A DNA stretch of 64,000 nucleotides from positions 98,210,001-98,274,000 of the forward strand of contig NC_086108.1 of the NCBI RefSeq assembly GCF_963921235.1. Reading direction: 5' to 3'. Shown one piece after another: positions 10,923 to 23,464 of the stretch. Every line of letters starts with the position of its first letter. Position 1 is the first letter of the stretch. Position numbers and translations under genes: made by a program. A model generated the notes under the pieces. It was not told the origin of the DNA. It did no database searches and saw only the letters and a list, made by a program, of their open reading frames with translations. This stretch comes from Mobula hypostoma (Eukaryota).

Positions 10923-13294
10923 GTAAGAAAATAGGAACAGGAATAGGCCATTCAGTCCTTCAAATATGCAATGTTATGCAAAGGCATGTCTGACCTCAAG
11001 CATATTCCTATAATACGTGGAAACATATCCAATTAACTTTTTTTTGTTTGTTTTCAGGCACAGATACAATGAGTTAAACTGGAGGGCATTTAGAGCCTCC
11101 CTCTACACTGCCAATCCCCTCTGCTCTAGAAGTACTCGAGCATTGTAGTGTTAGGTGTTCATTAGTTCCATAACAACATGTTTGAGGTTGAGCCAAACTA
11201 GGCTCAAGTTGGAAGCAGTCTTTAAGTAACTTATAGGTCACAATTTCCAAGTTCATAATCACTGGAATGCGAATAGTTTTGTACTAAAATGCTCTGCATT
11301 ATTACATTATAACTATACAAATATTTCAAATCCCTGGTCATATAACAGTAATAATAAATTGTAAAGCCAGCTGGTAGGGTTTTGAAATGGAAGACGTACA
11401 AAGATGAACCTTTTCACACGTCATGCAATAGATAACTAGAACACACACCATTCCATGCAACGAAAGGCCTGGTTTCAGTAACAGTGACCATAAAACTGCT
11501 GAAATGTTGCAAGACAAAGCCTCTGGTAAAGTAATGTCCTTCAGGGAAGAAAATTTAACATCCTTACACAGTCTGTTCCATGTACGACCCCAGATTCAGA
11601 CAGCTCCATCATGGGCACAAGCCCTCCTCCTCCCCACCACGAGGACATCTTCGAAAGGTAGTGCCTTAAGGCAGCAGCATCCATCTTATAGGACCCTCAC
11701 CATCTGAGAGATGCCCTCATCTCATTACTACCATCAGGGAGCAGTTACAGGAACCTGAAGGCACAATCAATTTTTCAGATTCTCAATCAGATTTCTAAAT
11801 GGTCCATGAACTCAAACATTACTTGACTAATTAAAGACTAACTTTATTTGTCACGTGTACATGGAGAGGGATTGGATCCGCCAGGTTTCAGATGCCCAAG
11901 ACACGCTGTACGATGAGCATACCAAAAAGCTTGTCATGACGGCACCCCGACAACTCCACCAGGAGTTAAGGACACACACACACGCGCGGAAACATACAAT
12001 GAAGTGTGTTGCTTGCTTCAACGACCAACATGCTCACAACTTACAACCCGTATATCTTCGGGATAAGGGAGAAAACCAGAGCACCCGAGGAAAACCCACA
12101 TGGATATGCAGACATGAAACTCTTTATTGTAACTTGTGGTATTTCTTTTTCATGTCTTGCACTGTAATGCTGCCGCAAAACAACAACTTTCATGTCAGTG
12201 ATAGGAAACCCAATTCTGTCCCTGGTTTTGACCTACCAATGTAGTTCACACTTTACAGCCTCCTTCATCCATGAACAATCAGGGAGAGGCAATAAATGCT
12301 AGCGTTATTAGCAACACCCAAATCCACAAAGCTAAAACAAAGTTCAACTGATACACAAACCAGGTATTTACATTAACTGCACTCAGAAGTGATTGCATAC
12401 ACTTCGTTCATAGTTCACAAAAAAAAAGACACTTAAGTTTTCAACTTTCTCAGACGCAACTGCTCATTTGCAGTACCTAATAGAAATGATTAAGAATTTC
12501 TTCAGCCAGTGGGCAGTGAATCTGTTGAATTCATTGCTGAAGGCACATGCTTAAATGGTTCGGCATATGTGTGCTTTGAAAATAAATTTACTTTGACATT
12601 GAATTAAAACTGCTCTCCAAGTTTTCCATATTTACATGGAAAGAACTTCTTTATGTAGTTTATTATCAACAATACAATCAGATTAGGAACCAATGCACGT
12701 TTAAATTCTGCAGATCTAATTTGCCTTAGGGCAAATTGGAAAGCAGTACAATAGAAAATATCAAAAGTAGTCTGTCACAAAACCCTACTCACATCCTTTG
12801 AAAGAGACCGTAGCTAAAGGCAGTGAGAAATCTGGAAACTGCTCTATGTTTAATTTTCTGAAAAATCTGAATCACTCAGCCTAGAGTTTTCAGCTCCAAT
12901 AACAGCAAGACAATCAAGCATTAGTGTTATTACTGTGTAAAACCGAGTAACTTCAGGCATTTGCTCTTGTGTAAGTTACTTTCTCACCTATCTGTGTTTT
13001 TCGCAAAATTGCATAGAAGCGTCCCTCATCCTTCAACCCAAGTCATTAGTGTAAATTGTACCCAGCTGTGGCACCAGCAATGATCACAGTATTGGTTTCT
13101 GGCATCCCTAAATGACCTGTTTAGAATCAATGTTGTTTATTATTGCTTAGTCCATTTTCTATCATTATTAGCCCTTGTTCTGTGAGATTTGCCTCATAAG
13201 ACAACTTATTTCATGATACTTTATCAAAAGCCTTATGGAAATACAAATGCACTAACATCTATCTCCTGGTCACTCTTCAACTAGGAGTTGAGGA

Positions 13295-13625
13295 TGCCAT
13301 CTTGGTCAATGTCTCCCATCCACTACATAATGTACTGGGTGGGCACAGGAGTACATTCAGCCAGAGGCTCATTCCACCGAGATGCAGCACAGAGCGTGAT
13401 AGGAAGTCATTCCTGCCTGTGGCCATCAAACTTTACAACTCCTCCCTTGGAGGGTCAGACACCCTGAGCTAATAGGCTGGTCCTGGACTTATTTCATAAT
13501 TTACTGGCATAATTTACATATTACTATTTAACTATTCATGGTTTTATTACTGTTTATTATTTATGGTGCAACTGTAACGAAAACCAATTTCCCCCGGGAT
13601 CAATAAAGTATGACCATGACTATGA
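13295..13625 (+). mobile_element. Rex1/Babar LINE 3' end
   Basis: Encodes ..RLIPPRCSTER.RKSFLPVAIKLYN. Tail GGGATCAATAAAGTATGACCATGACTATG, also present at 5592-5633. Confidence 0.8.
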
Positions 13626-13804
13626 ACTACCTTGATTTTAACATATCCAGAAGTTCCCAAATAAAAACTTAAATATCCCTTTCACAAAACTATGTTGGCT
13701 TTGCTTGATTGTGTTTTTTTTTCCCTGTTGCTTCTAGAGACAAATGGCAAAGAAATAGATCGTTAAGCCCATTGTGTCCATTCTGACCATCGAGTACTGA
13801 CCTA

Positions 13805-14344
13805 CAGTATTATGCAAAAGTCTTAGGAACTCTAGCTGTATACAGTACTGTACTATATATATCTAGGGTGCCTACGACTTTTGGCCAGTACTACAGTACT
13901 ATAATAATTTTATGTATTATGCTGTCACATAAAAAAGCAAATCTCATTAAATATGAGAGTGATGATATGGGTTTCTGTTGTGGCTGAGAGTGGGAAGGGG
14001 GCAGGGGGCAGGGAGAGGGGAATCATGGTTGGAAAAAGGGTAAAGGAGAGGGGAGAGAGCAGGAAGCACCGGAGAGACATTCTGTAATGATAAATAAACC
14101 AGTTGTTTGCCATCAAATGATCTTGCTTGGTGTCTCTGGACTGGGTGTAGCTATACACGCACCACCCCTCATCCTTGGCACTCCTTCTCTACCACCTGTC
14201 CAACACCCCTCCCGCAGCACTCCTCCTTTTCTCCCGCCAGATTTACAAACTCACTCTCTGCTCCATGTCGACAAATACAGTACAGTGAACAAGTCTGAGA
14301 CACCCGAGTTATATATTTGCTCCTAAGCCTTTTGCACAACATTG
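13805..14344. mobile_element. Composite Tc1/mariner-type MITE bounded by two hairpin mini-MITEs
   Basis: TA-CAGTATTATGCAAAAGTCTTAGG left end and CCTAAGCCTTTTGCACAACATTG-TA right end. The internal ~400 bp is homologous, inverted, to 42990-43390. Confidence 0.7.
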
Positions 14345-14399
14345 TACATTATTCCAATTTCAAAGCCATCTATCCCCATAGCTTTCTATACTTGTGTAG

Positions 14400-14797
14400 A
14401 TACTTAAATTCTGGTCTTCCTCTTACACCTTCCCATCGCCTCCTTCTGGTGCCTCCCTCCCTTCCCTTTCTCTCTCAGTCAACTCTCTTTGATCAGTTTC
14501 TTTCTTTTTCAGCCGATTATCTTTTCCACCTACCACCTCCCAGCTTCTCATCATCCGCTCTCCTTCACCCACCTTCCCCCTCACATGGTTTCACCTATCA
14601 TCTGACAACTCTTCCCCCTTCTTATTCTGGGCTCTTCCCCCTTCCTTCCCAGTCCTGATGAAGGGTCTCAACTTGAAATGTTGACTCTGTATTCCTCTTC
14701 ATAGGTGCTGCCGGACCTGCTGTGTTCTTCCAGCACTGTGTGTATGCGTGTGCGTACGTTTCTCTGGATTTCCAGCATCTGCAGAATCTCTTGTGTC
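14400..14797 (+). mobile_element. Penelope-like pLTR fragment
   Basis: Pyrimidine tract, then CAGTCCTGATGAAGGGTCTCAACTTGAAATGTTGACT, then the GGATTTCCAGCATCTGCAGAATCTCTTGTGTC end. Confidence 0.8.
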
Positions 14798-15459
14798 ATA
14801 GGTACTTAAACAATGTGAGTTCACTGCGTTCAGATAGAATAGAAAGGCACTCCAGACTGTTGCCCACTGGTCTTCACAGAACTGATCCAAACTACTAAGT
14901 AGGTACCCTTCATTTATGCACCCAAAGGACGTTGGTATCATTGACAAGGCAAATATTTATATACAATCTCCATCTATCCTTGAACTGAACTGCCCTATTT
15001 CAGAGGGTAGTCAACAGCATGTCACATTTATTGCTATGGTTCCAAGGTCACATATTAAGTGAAATTGGTCAAGGTTGGTTTTCAACCTTCCGGTCTTTCC
15101 ACAGCAAGCATTACTGAGACACAAAACTTGTGTTTTTTAAATACCAACATAATCTTTATTCATAGCAAAAAAAATTTACAATTAACTGTGCAACATCTTT
15201 TCATTCTCACATTCATAGTTTCAAAGTTTTCAGAACTACCCCACTGAATTCCTTCACACCAATAGCCCAGTTGCCACTCATGTGGCACCCTGAGGGGATT
15301 TACTACTGCAGTAATGGAGGGACTTCCTCACCCAACCCAGCCCCTCCCTTCCCACTAGCAGTAGAATTGCTACCAGTTTCAGTGGAGGTGTTTGAACTTG
15401 CACCAATCACCCAGATCTCTGCATACTAAGCCAGTAACTCACTGTACTGGTTCCTTGCT

Positions 15460-16040
15460 ATAGCCGGGGCAAGTAGTGGGGATAAGCCCTCACTATCTAT
15501 TGAATGATCCCAATGGTGTGCTATTCAAATAGCCTCTGACAACCAAGTCCAGCCTCTGGCCTTCACGTGTGGCTTAGCTACTAAACTTGGCAGAAGAGTT
15601 TCTACTGACAGGAGCAGGTAGCTGGTGCCTTAAAACCACTTGCTTTGGGCAGATGGGGCTTCTTAGCTGTGGTTGGTGGTTTATCTCAGATAATGACAAC
15701 TCTGATGTCAAACCTCCACAGTCTTGTGGCTATACCCACCCATGGGGAAGTCTTTGGGAGGGAACCCCGAAGGTAGAGGATAAAAAAATCAGGAGCTGGA
15801 GCCCCCAAGGCAGACCGACACTGAGTTCAGTGCTAACTGGCAACTCCTGAAATGCCACTGGGTGCTAAATTGTATCTGTCTCTACTGTTCCTTTGGGTTC
15901 ATCAAATGCATGGAGAGGGGGTGCCTACTACCTGGGTAAAATCTTGCTCTCCTTATCATACTGCCCTGGCTTGCTTATCACATAGACAGCTGGGATACAA
16001 CAGCCACGGTCGACCTCGACCCATGGGAGACCTCTCAACT
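15460..16040 (+). mobile_element. Non-autonomous RTE-related retroelement (older copy)
   Basis: Colinear homology with 54830-55212 (AACTCTGAT..CAAACC, GGAGCTGGA..CCC.AAGGCAG, TGGCAACTCCTG, ATGGAGAGGGG). Confidence 0.65.
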
Positions 16041-16609
16041 CACTGCGCCACAGACACCTTGCAGTTGCAGATAAGTCACAGACAGTACAAGTACTTCACA
16101 GGGCACATCCTGCCAAGACTTTGGACTGAAAATGTGAAACTAAAACTCAGCAATGTGCTTTACAAATCATGAAAATGCTAAAATGCAAAATCAAGGCTGG
16201 GGCTACTACAGTATGTTGATGGCTCCCAAGATTTACAGTTTCCACTGGACAATTCAGTAGCCTGAGGTACCAAAGCAGAGCTGTCACCCCACAGTAGTGC
16301 CTCAGTAAAGCTAGAGTCATAGAACACTGCAGAACAGAAACAGGCCCTTCAACTCCATGCCAAACTGTTATCCAGCCTAGTCCCACTCGCCTACACCCGG
16401 TCTATCATTCTCCATATCCCTCCTGTCCACGCATTATCCAATTGTCCCTGAAATGTTGAAACCAAACCTACATCCACCACTTGCAGGTTGTTCCACACTC
16501 TTACCACCTTCTGTGTGATTAAGTTCCCCCTCATGATCCCTTTAAACCTTTCACCTTTCCACTCTAAACCCATGACCTCGAGTGAGAGTCTCACCCAATC
16601 TCCAAAGGC

Positions 16610-16610
<1 letters not shown>

Positions 16611-16647
<37 letters not shown>
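16611..16647. repeat. (AC)n microsatellite at the end of a minus-strand Penelope pLTR (~16605-16810)
   Basis: About 18 perfect AC units. Confidence 0.95.
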
Positions 16648-16648
<1 letters not shown>

Positions 16649-17904
16649 CGCTGGAGGAAATCAACAGGTTAAGCAGCACCTGTATGAAAGTGTGAACAGT
16701 TGACGTATCAAGCTGAGACCCTTCGTCAGCACATGAGGAAGAAGGGGGGTGGGGAGATGCCTGAATAAAACTGTAGGTGGAGGGGAAAGCACCTAGGTGG
16801 AAGTTGCTGGGTTGGAAGAGTTCTCACTGTACACACAGAATCAGTTATACAGCAGAGAGTCAGGCCTCTCTGCTCACCTTCACCATTGTACTAATCCCAT
16901 TTACCACAGCTTTATGCCTTAGAGATTCAAATGCCTGTCTTGGTAAATGTTCAGAGGAACTGTGTCCACCACCCTCTTAGACAATGAAGTCTAGACTCCA
17001 ATTACTGGGTGACAACTTGCTCCCCCAGATCTACTTCATACCACTCCCTTAAACATATGCAGTCTAATTTTACATTTTGCTACGGGGCGGGGGGGGGCAG
17101 TAAAATCTTCCTTCTGACTACCGTGTCTGTGCCTGTCAGAATGCTGGACATCCTGCTTCTGTCCAATGGAAAACAACACAAATCAATCCAATCTCTCCCC
17201 GTCAGTGACACACTCCATCCCTGGCAGCATCCTGGTGAATCGCTTGTGTGTGTGTGTGTGTGCACACACTCCCATGCAATCACATCCTTCCTGTAGTGTG
17301 GCGACCAGAACTATAAAAGTGGTTCAGCGTGGCAGAATTCCACCCCCACTCCCTGGTTCACCAGTCCTCTTTGGAGAAGGAAAAGTGAATCTATCAAGTC
17401 TGAGCTCTATATACACATCTGAACGCCCACAGAGGGTTGATATTTAACCACCCATACAAATAATCTATCTAGCCCAGAAAAATATGGGTCAAAAGGCCTA
17501 CTCCTGTACTGTATTCTCCGTTCAGGCACTTGGTTCTGGAGGCAATCAGGGTTTGGACAGTAAATGAGGCCCTGTCTGTAGGATCCACATCCTGTGAAAG
17601 TATACAAACACTATTTTAATTTGGTGCCAAACTTCTTGAAGCTCTGTCTCAACCAGCTCTGATTACTATATCTGTAAACAGCTGTCCTGTTCCCTACTGC
17701 CTGTGGGTTCAAAACATTCTCTCCCAAAAACAGTTCGAGCTTTCATAAATTAAACCTAAAATTAGCCCCACTGACCTTAAGCATTGCCAAACACAACTCT
17801 CACACCCTTGGAGCAAGCTTTCCCCAAAGTCTTAGTCACAATATTGCTGATGTTCACAAGATACACATAAAACACCAAAACTCAACAGCTGCAAAACAAC
17901 ATTT

Positions 17905-18877
17905 GGGCCCCTTACTGAAGAAAGGATGTGCTGGCATTGGACGGGGTTGAAAGAAGATTCATGAGAGTGATCATGCGAATGAAAGGGTGAGGAGCAATTG
18001 ATGGCTTTGGGCCTGCACCTGCCGGAGTTTAGAAGAATGGGGGGGGGGGGTGTGGAATCTCGTTGAACTCTATCGATTAATTGAAAGACCCAGATAGTCT
18101 GGACATGAAGAGGGTATTTCCTATAATGGGTGGATCTCTGGAATCAGAGGGCACAGTCTTAGAATACGACGATGTCTTATTAGAACAGAGATGAGGAGGA
18201 AGCTCTTTCGTCAAGGTGGTAAATTATGCTTAACACCTAAATGTCAAGGTAACAGAAGTATCACTGTTGATTGGCCATATGACCATAAGATTGCCCTCTT
18301 TACAAATGTTATTTACCCATTTTGGCCATAAGACACAGGAGCAGAATTAGGCCATTCGGTCCATCGAATCCTCTCTATCATTCAATTATAGCTGATTTAT
18401 TATCCCTCTTGACCCCTTACTCCTGCTTTTTCCCCCCCAAACATTTTAATGAGGAGGAATTTCATCAGCCAAAGATAGTGAGTCTGTGGAATTCATTGTC
18501 ACAGGTGGCCACGAAGGCCAAGTCATTGGGGTATATTTAAAGTTGATAGGTTTCTTGATTAGTAACAGCACAAGACCACAAGACACAAAAGCAGGATTAG
18601 ACATTCAGCCCATTGGATCAGCCATGATGAAATGGCAGAGCAGTCTTAACAGGCTGAATGGCCTTATCCTGCTCCTATGTGTTATGATGCCAAAACTAAT
18701 CTAGAAACCTTCAACCTCTGCTTTAAATATACCCAATGATTTGGCTTTCACAGCCACCTGTGACAATGAATTCCACAGATTCACTACCTCTAGCTAATTA
18801 AATTTCTCCTCATCAAAATGTTTGGGGAAAAGGCAGGAGAATGGGGTCAAGAGGGATAATAAATCAGCTATAATGGA
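17905..18877. mobile_element. Cluster of CR1 3' fragments in alternating orientation
   Basis: Plus 17905-18215, minus ~18325-18445, plus ~18446-18690, minus ~18700-18815, plus 18815-18877 (resumes at 21666). Confidence 0.75.
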
Positions 18878-21665
18878 GCAAGCAAAGAATGGATGCAAAT
18901 CTCAAGATATTGTTATTGTCATGGGAGACCTAAATGCTAAAGTAGGACAAGGTGCTGATGGAAATACCATAGAAAAATTTGGACTAGGGGAAAAGAAATG
19001 AAAGGCGAGAAATGGGTAGAATGATGCAAGATGAATAATCAGGTCATTATGAATAAAGTAAAGGCATCTGTTAGTCTTGCGAGACCATGGATCTGCGCCT
19101 GGAAAGTCTTCACTCTCCAGGGCGCAGGCCTGGGCAAGGTTGTATGAAAGACTGGCAGTTGCCCATGCTGCAAGTCTCCCCTCTCCACGACACTGATGTT
19201 GTCCAAGGGAAGGGCATTAGGACCCATACAGCTTGGCACCAGTGTGGTCACAGAGCAATGTGTGATTAAGTGCCTTGCTCAAGGACACAACACGCTGCCT
19301 CGGCTGGGGCTCAAACTCACGACCTTCAGGTTGCTAGTCGAACGCCTTAACCTCTTGGCCACGTGCCCATTCATTATGAATACCTACTTTAAAAACCATC
19401 TAAGACACTTGTGGACCTGGAAAAGTCCAGGTGATAAAACTAGAAATCAAATTGACCTTATTACTATAAACCAAAGATTTAGAAACTCAGTGACTCAATG
19501 CCAAACTAATCCAGGAGCAGACTGTAATAGTGACAATAACCCAGTAATATGTCACGTAAAAGTAAAACTTAAAAAACTAAAGAAGCAAAAACCTGAACAA
19601 TCCCTTGACTACTCACAATTAAACAAGAAAACTTAACGCAAAAATTTACAATTGAAGTAAGGAATAGATTTCAAAGTCTAGAAACAGAATCTGTTGAAGA
19701 TGATAGCAATCATGCAGAAATTAAATTTAACTCTCTGAAGGATGCCTTGGTAGAATCAGCAAAGTCAGTGATTCCTAAAAAAGAAAAAAGCACAGAGAAT
19801 AAATGGATGACAGATGAAATCAAAAATCTAATGGAAGGAAGGATACTGAAGAAAGCAAATCCTATGGAATATAAATCCTTAGGTAAAAAAGTTAAAAGCT
19901 TATGTCAAAAAGCCAAAGAATGGTTAAACCAGGAAAGTGAGCAACTAGAAAGAATCCCTATTATTGATCCAAAAAGGATACATCAACAAATCAAGAATAT
20001 CACTGGTAAAAAGCCCCTCTGTTCTTCAGGTGGATGTTTGAAAGCAAAGGACGGTACAATTATCATGGAAAAAGGTGAAATTATGAACAGATGGACCGTG
20101 TATATTCAGGAATTGTTTGAAGACAATCAACACGAAAAAACAGAAATTGAGAAAATTGAAGGTCCAAGTATTTTAAAATCTGAAGTTCGTAATGCAATAA
20201 ATAAGCTGAAGAAAGGAAAAGCAGCAGGTCCTGATGAATTAGTAATGGAACAAATTATCGCCCTTGAAGATTATGGAATTGAAAAACTTACTGATTTAAT
20301 CAACATTTATGAGAATGGAATAACACCAGAAGAGATGAAAACAAAAATCAGTGTTTATCACTCTTCCTAAGAAACCTGGAGCATAGAATATGAATTACAT
20401 AGATCCATAAATTTAATGAGTTACATCACTAAGATACTTCTAAGAATTTTGATGAAATAGGTAAAGAGCTAAAAGTAAGATACAAGCTGAAATAGGTAAA
20501 GAACAATGTGGTTTTGTGAAAGACAAAGGTACAAGAAATGCAATATTGATGTTAAGGATACTATCAGAACGAGCTGTTCAAGTGTAAAAAGATTTGTTTG
20601 TTTGTTATATCGACTACACAAAAGCATTTGATAAAGTGAGGTACAACAAGTTATTTGAAATATTACAGAAAACTATAGATCTAGATTCGAAAGACCTCTG
20701 CCTAATCAGAGATCTGTACTGGGAACAAACTGCCGCTGTAAGAATAGAAGAAGAAGTGAGTCAGCTTATGAAAATCAAGAGAGATGTTAGACAAGGGTGT
20801 GTTTTCTGCCCTGATTTGTTTAATGTGTACAGTGAAACAATATTACAAAAAATAAGAGACATCTTGGGAATCAAAGTTGGCAGTGAAAACATCAATAATT
20901 TCAGATATGCGGATGACACTGTTAATTGCAAATATGGAGGAAAAACTACAAAACTTAATTGATATAGTTGTTGAAGAAAGTGTAAAAATGGGTCTATCAA
21001 CTGCAAAAAGTCAGTGTATGGTGATATCCAAAAAGTAGAATCCTATCTGCAGGCTGAAAGTAAACGGGGAAGACAGAAGTACAGAACTTTTGCTACTTAG
21101 GAAGCTGGGTGACATCAGATGGCAGGTGCGACATGGACATCAAAAGAAGAATAGGGATGGCAAAAGACACCTTTACGAGAATGAAGAGTATACTGACCAA
21201 CACTAAACTAAGCATGACAACCCGTCTCAGAGTACTGAAATGTTACGTTTATCCAGTTATGTTGTATGGATCAGAATGTCCGACAATATCTAGTAACATG
21301 AGGAAACGAATTGAAGCAGCAGGGAAGTGGCTTTTGAGGAGGATGCAAAGAATATCATGGATGAAATGAATATCTAACGAGGATGTCATGAACAGAGCAA
21401 ACACAAAAAGAGAAATAATGTATGAGATCATGAAAAGGCAACGTAACTTCACTGGACATGTGATTAGGAAAGAGGAGTTAGACTGCACGATAATTATGTG
21501 GAAGATTGAAAGGAAGAAAGCAAATGGGAGGCAAAGACACATGATGATGGAGACAGCAGCCAGAGAACTGGAAATGAATACCAATGAATTGATCCACCTG
21601 ACCCAAAACAAGAGTGTGTGGGCCATGGCAGTCAAAGCTCAATCTGGGCATGGAACCTGATGATG
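18878..21665 (+). mobile_element. RTE-clade LINE, 5'-truncated, disrupted ORF (APE endonuclease plus RT)
   Basis: VMGDLNAKVG; WTWKSPGDKTRNQIDLI..PGADCNSD; KAAGPD; IDYTKAFDKV; RQGCVFCPDLFN; FRYADDTV; LLRRMQRISW. (TGA)n tail. TSD ATAATGGA at 18870-18877 and 21666-21673. Confidence 0.95.
19056..19370 (-). mobile_element. tRNA-headed SINE with RTE-type tail, inserted in the RTE
   Basis: Head GGGCACGTGGCCAAGAGGTTAAGGCG..GAGTTTGAGCCC. 12-bp TSD TCATTATGAATA (19044-19055, 19371-19382). Confidence 0.92.
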
Positions 21666-23026
21666 ATAATGGAATGATAGAAATGACTCGATGGGCTGAA
21701 TGGCCTAATAACATTTGTAAAGAGGGCAATCTTCAAATGGATTCAGAGTAAATAATAAACTACTTAGATCATGCCAACCAACAGTGATACCTTGACATTG
21801 AGGTATTAAGCATAATAAATACAATGTAATAAATACAAAATGCATAAATGTTTCTCTGGTTCAAGTACTGTTTTACAATATGTTGCTACATTAAGCACAG
21901 TTGCCTTTAAGTCACAGCAGCACAAGTGTCAGGTACATACACAGCACAGGATAGAGAGGAAACCACACTGGTTACAACTCTCTGAGAAGCTGACACCACT
22001 GGGCCGGACCAGCACGTTTCCACACTATCAACGTTCCTCCTATTAACATGCATGACAGCTGCTCAGCCCAAAATAGCAAGAAAGTACAGAGGGCAGTGTG
22101 GTCGTGTAGCGGTTAACGTAACGCTATTACGGCCCCAGTGACCCGGGTTCAGTTCCCACCACTGTAAGGAGGTTGCACGCTCTCTCTCTGATCCCATGGG
22201 TTTCTTCCCACATTCCAAAGATGTACGCGTTAGGGCTGCCCACTTCCATCTGCCCACCGTTCTCCTCATCTAGTTCCACCCGTCACCTACCAGCCCCCAT
22301 CTAACACTCCCTCCCGCACCACATTCACACTTCAATCTTCACGTCCTCCCCAGGCCACAGAGCGCTATTCCCATGAACGGCAACCCAAACAGTTCACCGG
22401 CCAGAAATCCGGCCGTGAGCCGAACTCCCGCATGACTGAAGGTGCCTGCAGTTTCGTCACCGCTGCTAACACCGGGTCATAATTTTTATTTAAATTTTAT
22501 TTACAGATGCCGCACGATAACTGGACCTTCCCGACCAACGAGCCCGCGTTGCCCAGTTAGACCCATGTGACCAATTAAACTGCGACTCCCTTCTTCTTCG
22601 GAATATGGCAGCCACCCAGAGGAAACTCAACGCGATCACAGGAAGAATGTACATACTCTTAATAGAGAGCAGCTGGAGTTGAATCTGGTTTCCTGGTGCT
22701 AAAATACTGCTCTACACTACTGTGCTGATGTACGGGCTGTGCACAAGTCAGGCGTTCGTAAGCCGGGGAGGACCTGTACTGGTCACCTTCCCCGTACACC
22801 TTCAATCTGGACGCAGTGTTTTGGCCCCCAAAACATTTGCCCCCACAGATCCTGCCTGACCAGCAGGGTTCTTCCAGCAGTTCGTTTTCCTTTCCTGATC
22901 TGTCGACGGTTGACCAGAGTGAATTTAAGGAACAATTCTGCAGATAGCTGCCATGCAGCGGACAAGCTGAAACCTAATTTGAGCACTGCTGAAAGATTCC
23001 CACAGATATGTAAATAGTTTACTTAC

Positions 23027-23156
23027 TTAGTGAAATGAAATGTGAAAGGATCAAGCTTGCTGTCAGCAGTTGAGGTTGTCAAAGCATTCATGCCATTTTG
23101 AAATGGATGGACGTCTGGAGAGTTGTACCTTAAAGTACTGCCAGAGTGCCGGATGC
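23027..23156 (-). other. Candidate 130-bp exon of an unidentified host gene
   Basis: Acceptor CTTTCTGTTTTGCTTAG|G and donor AA|GTAAGTAAA in non-repeat DNA. One frame is open throughout (IRHSGSTLRYNSPDVHPFQNGMNALTTSTADSKLDPFTFHFT). Confidence 0.5.
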
Positions 23157-23464
23157 CTAAGCAAAACAGAAAGCTTGGTTAATAAACTACTTTCTTCTGC
23201 TTCTTTCTTTAAAAGAAAATCTCTTCTTGTTTGTGTACTGGTACTTCCTGACAAACACCATTACAGGTTTGACAGAGGCAATTAATGTTACAACTTTCAG
23301 CAGCTTATTCCTACGCCAAATGCTAAGTGCTCCAAATATTCTGGAGCTAACACGAAGCAGTCAGCCACGAGCAAATTGCCCATGTTTCAAAACATCGCAA
23401 CATCTGCAACAAGGCATGTGTGGCCTGATAAAGTGCCTGCTACTTCATTCAATAGTTTTTTTTA

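Noticed and set aside
11038..11160. Strong plus-strand acceptor-like T-tract + CAG at ~11058
   Set aside because: No good downstream donor, stops in all frames, and opposite to the inferred gene direction.
19290..19370. tRNA gene (also 48010-48086 and other SINE heads)
   Set aside because: A/B boxes are present, but the sequence continues into a SINE body and is flanked by TSDs. No convincing cloverleaf.
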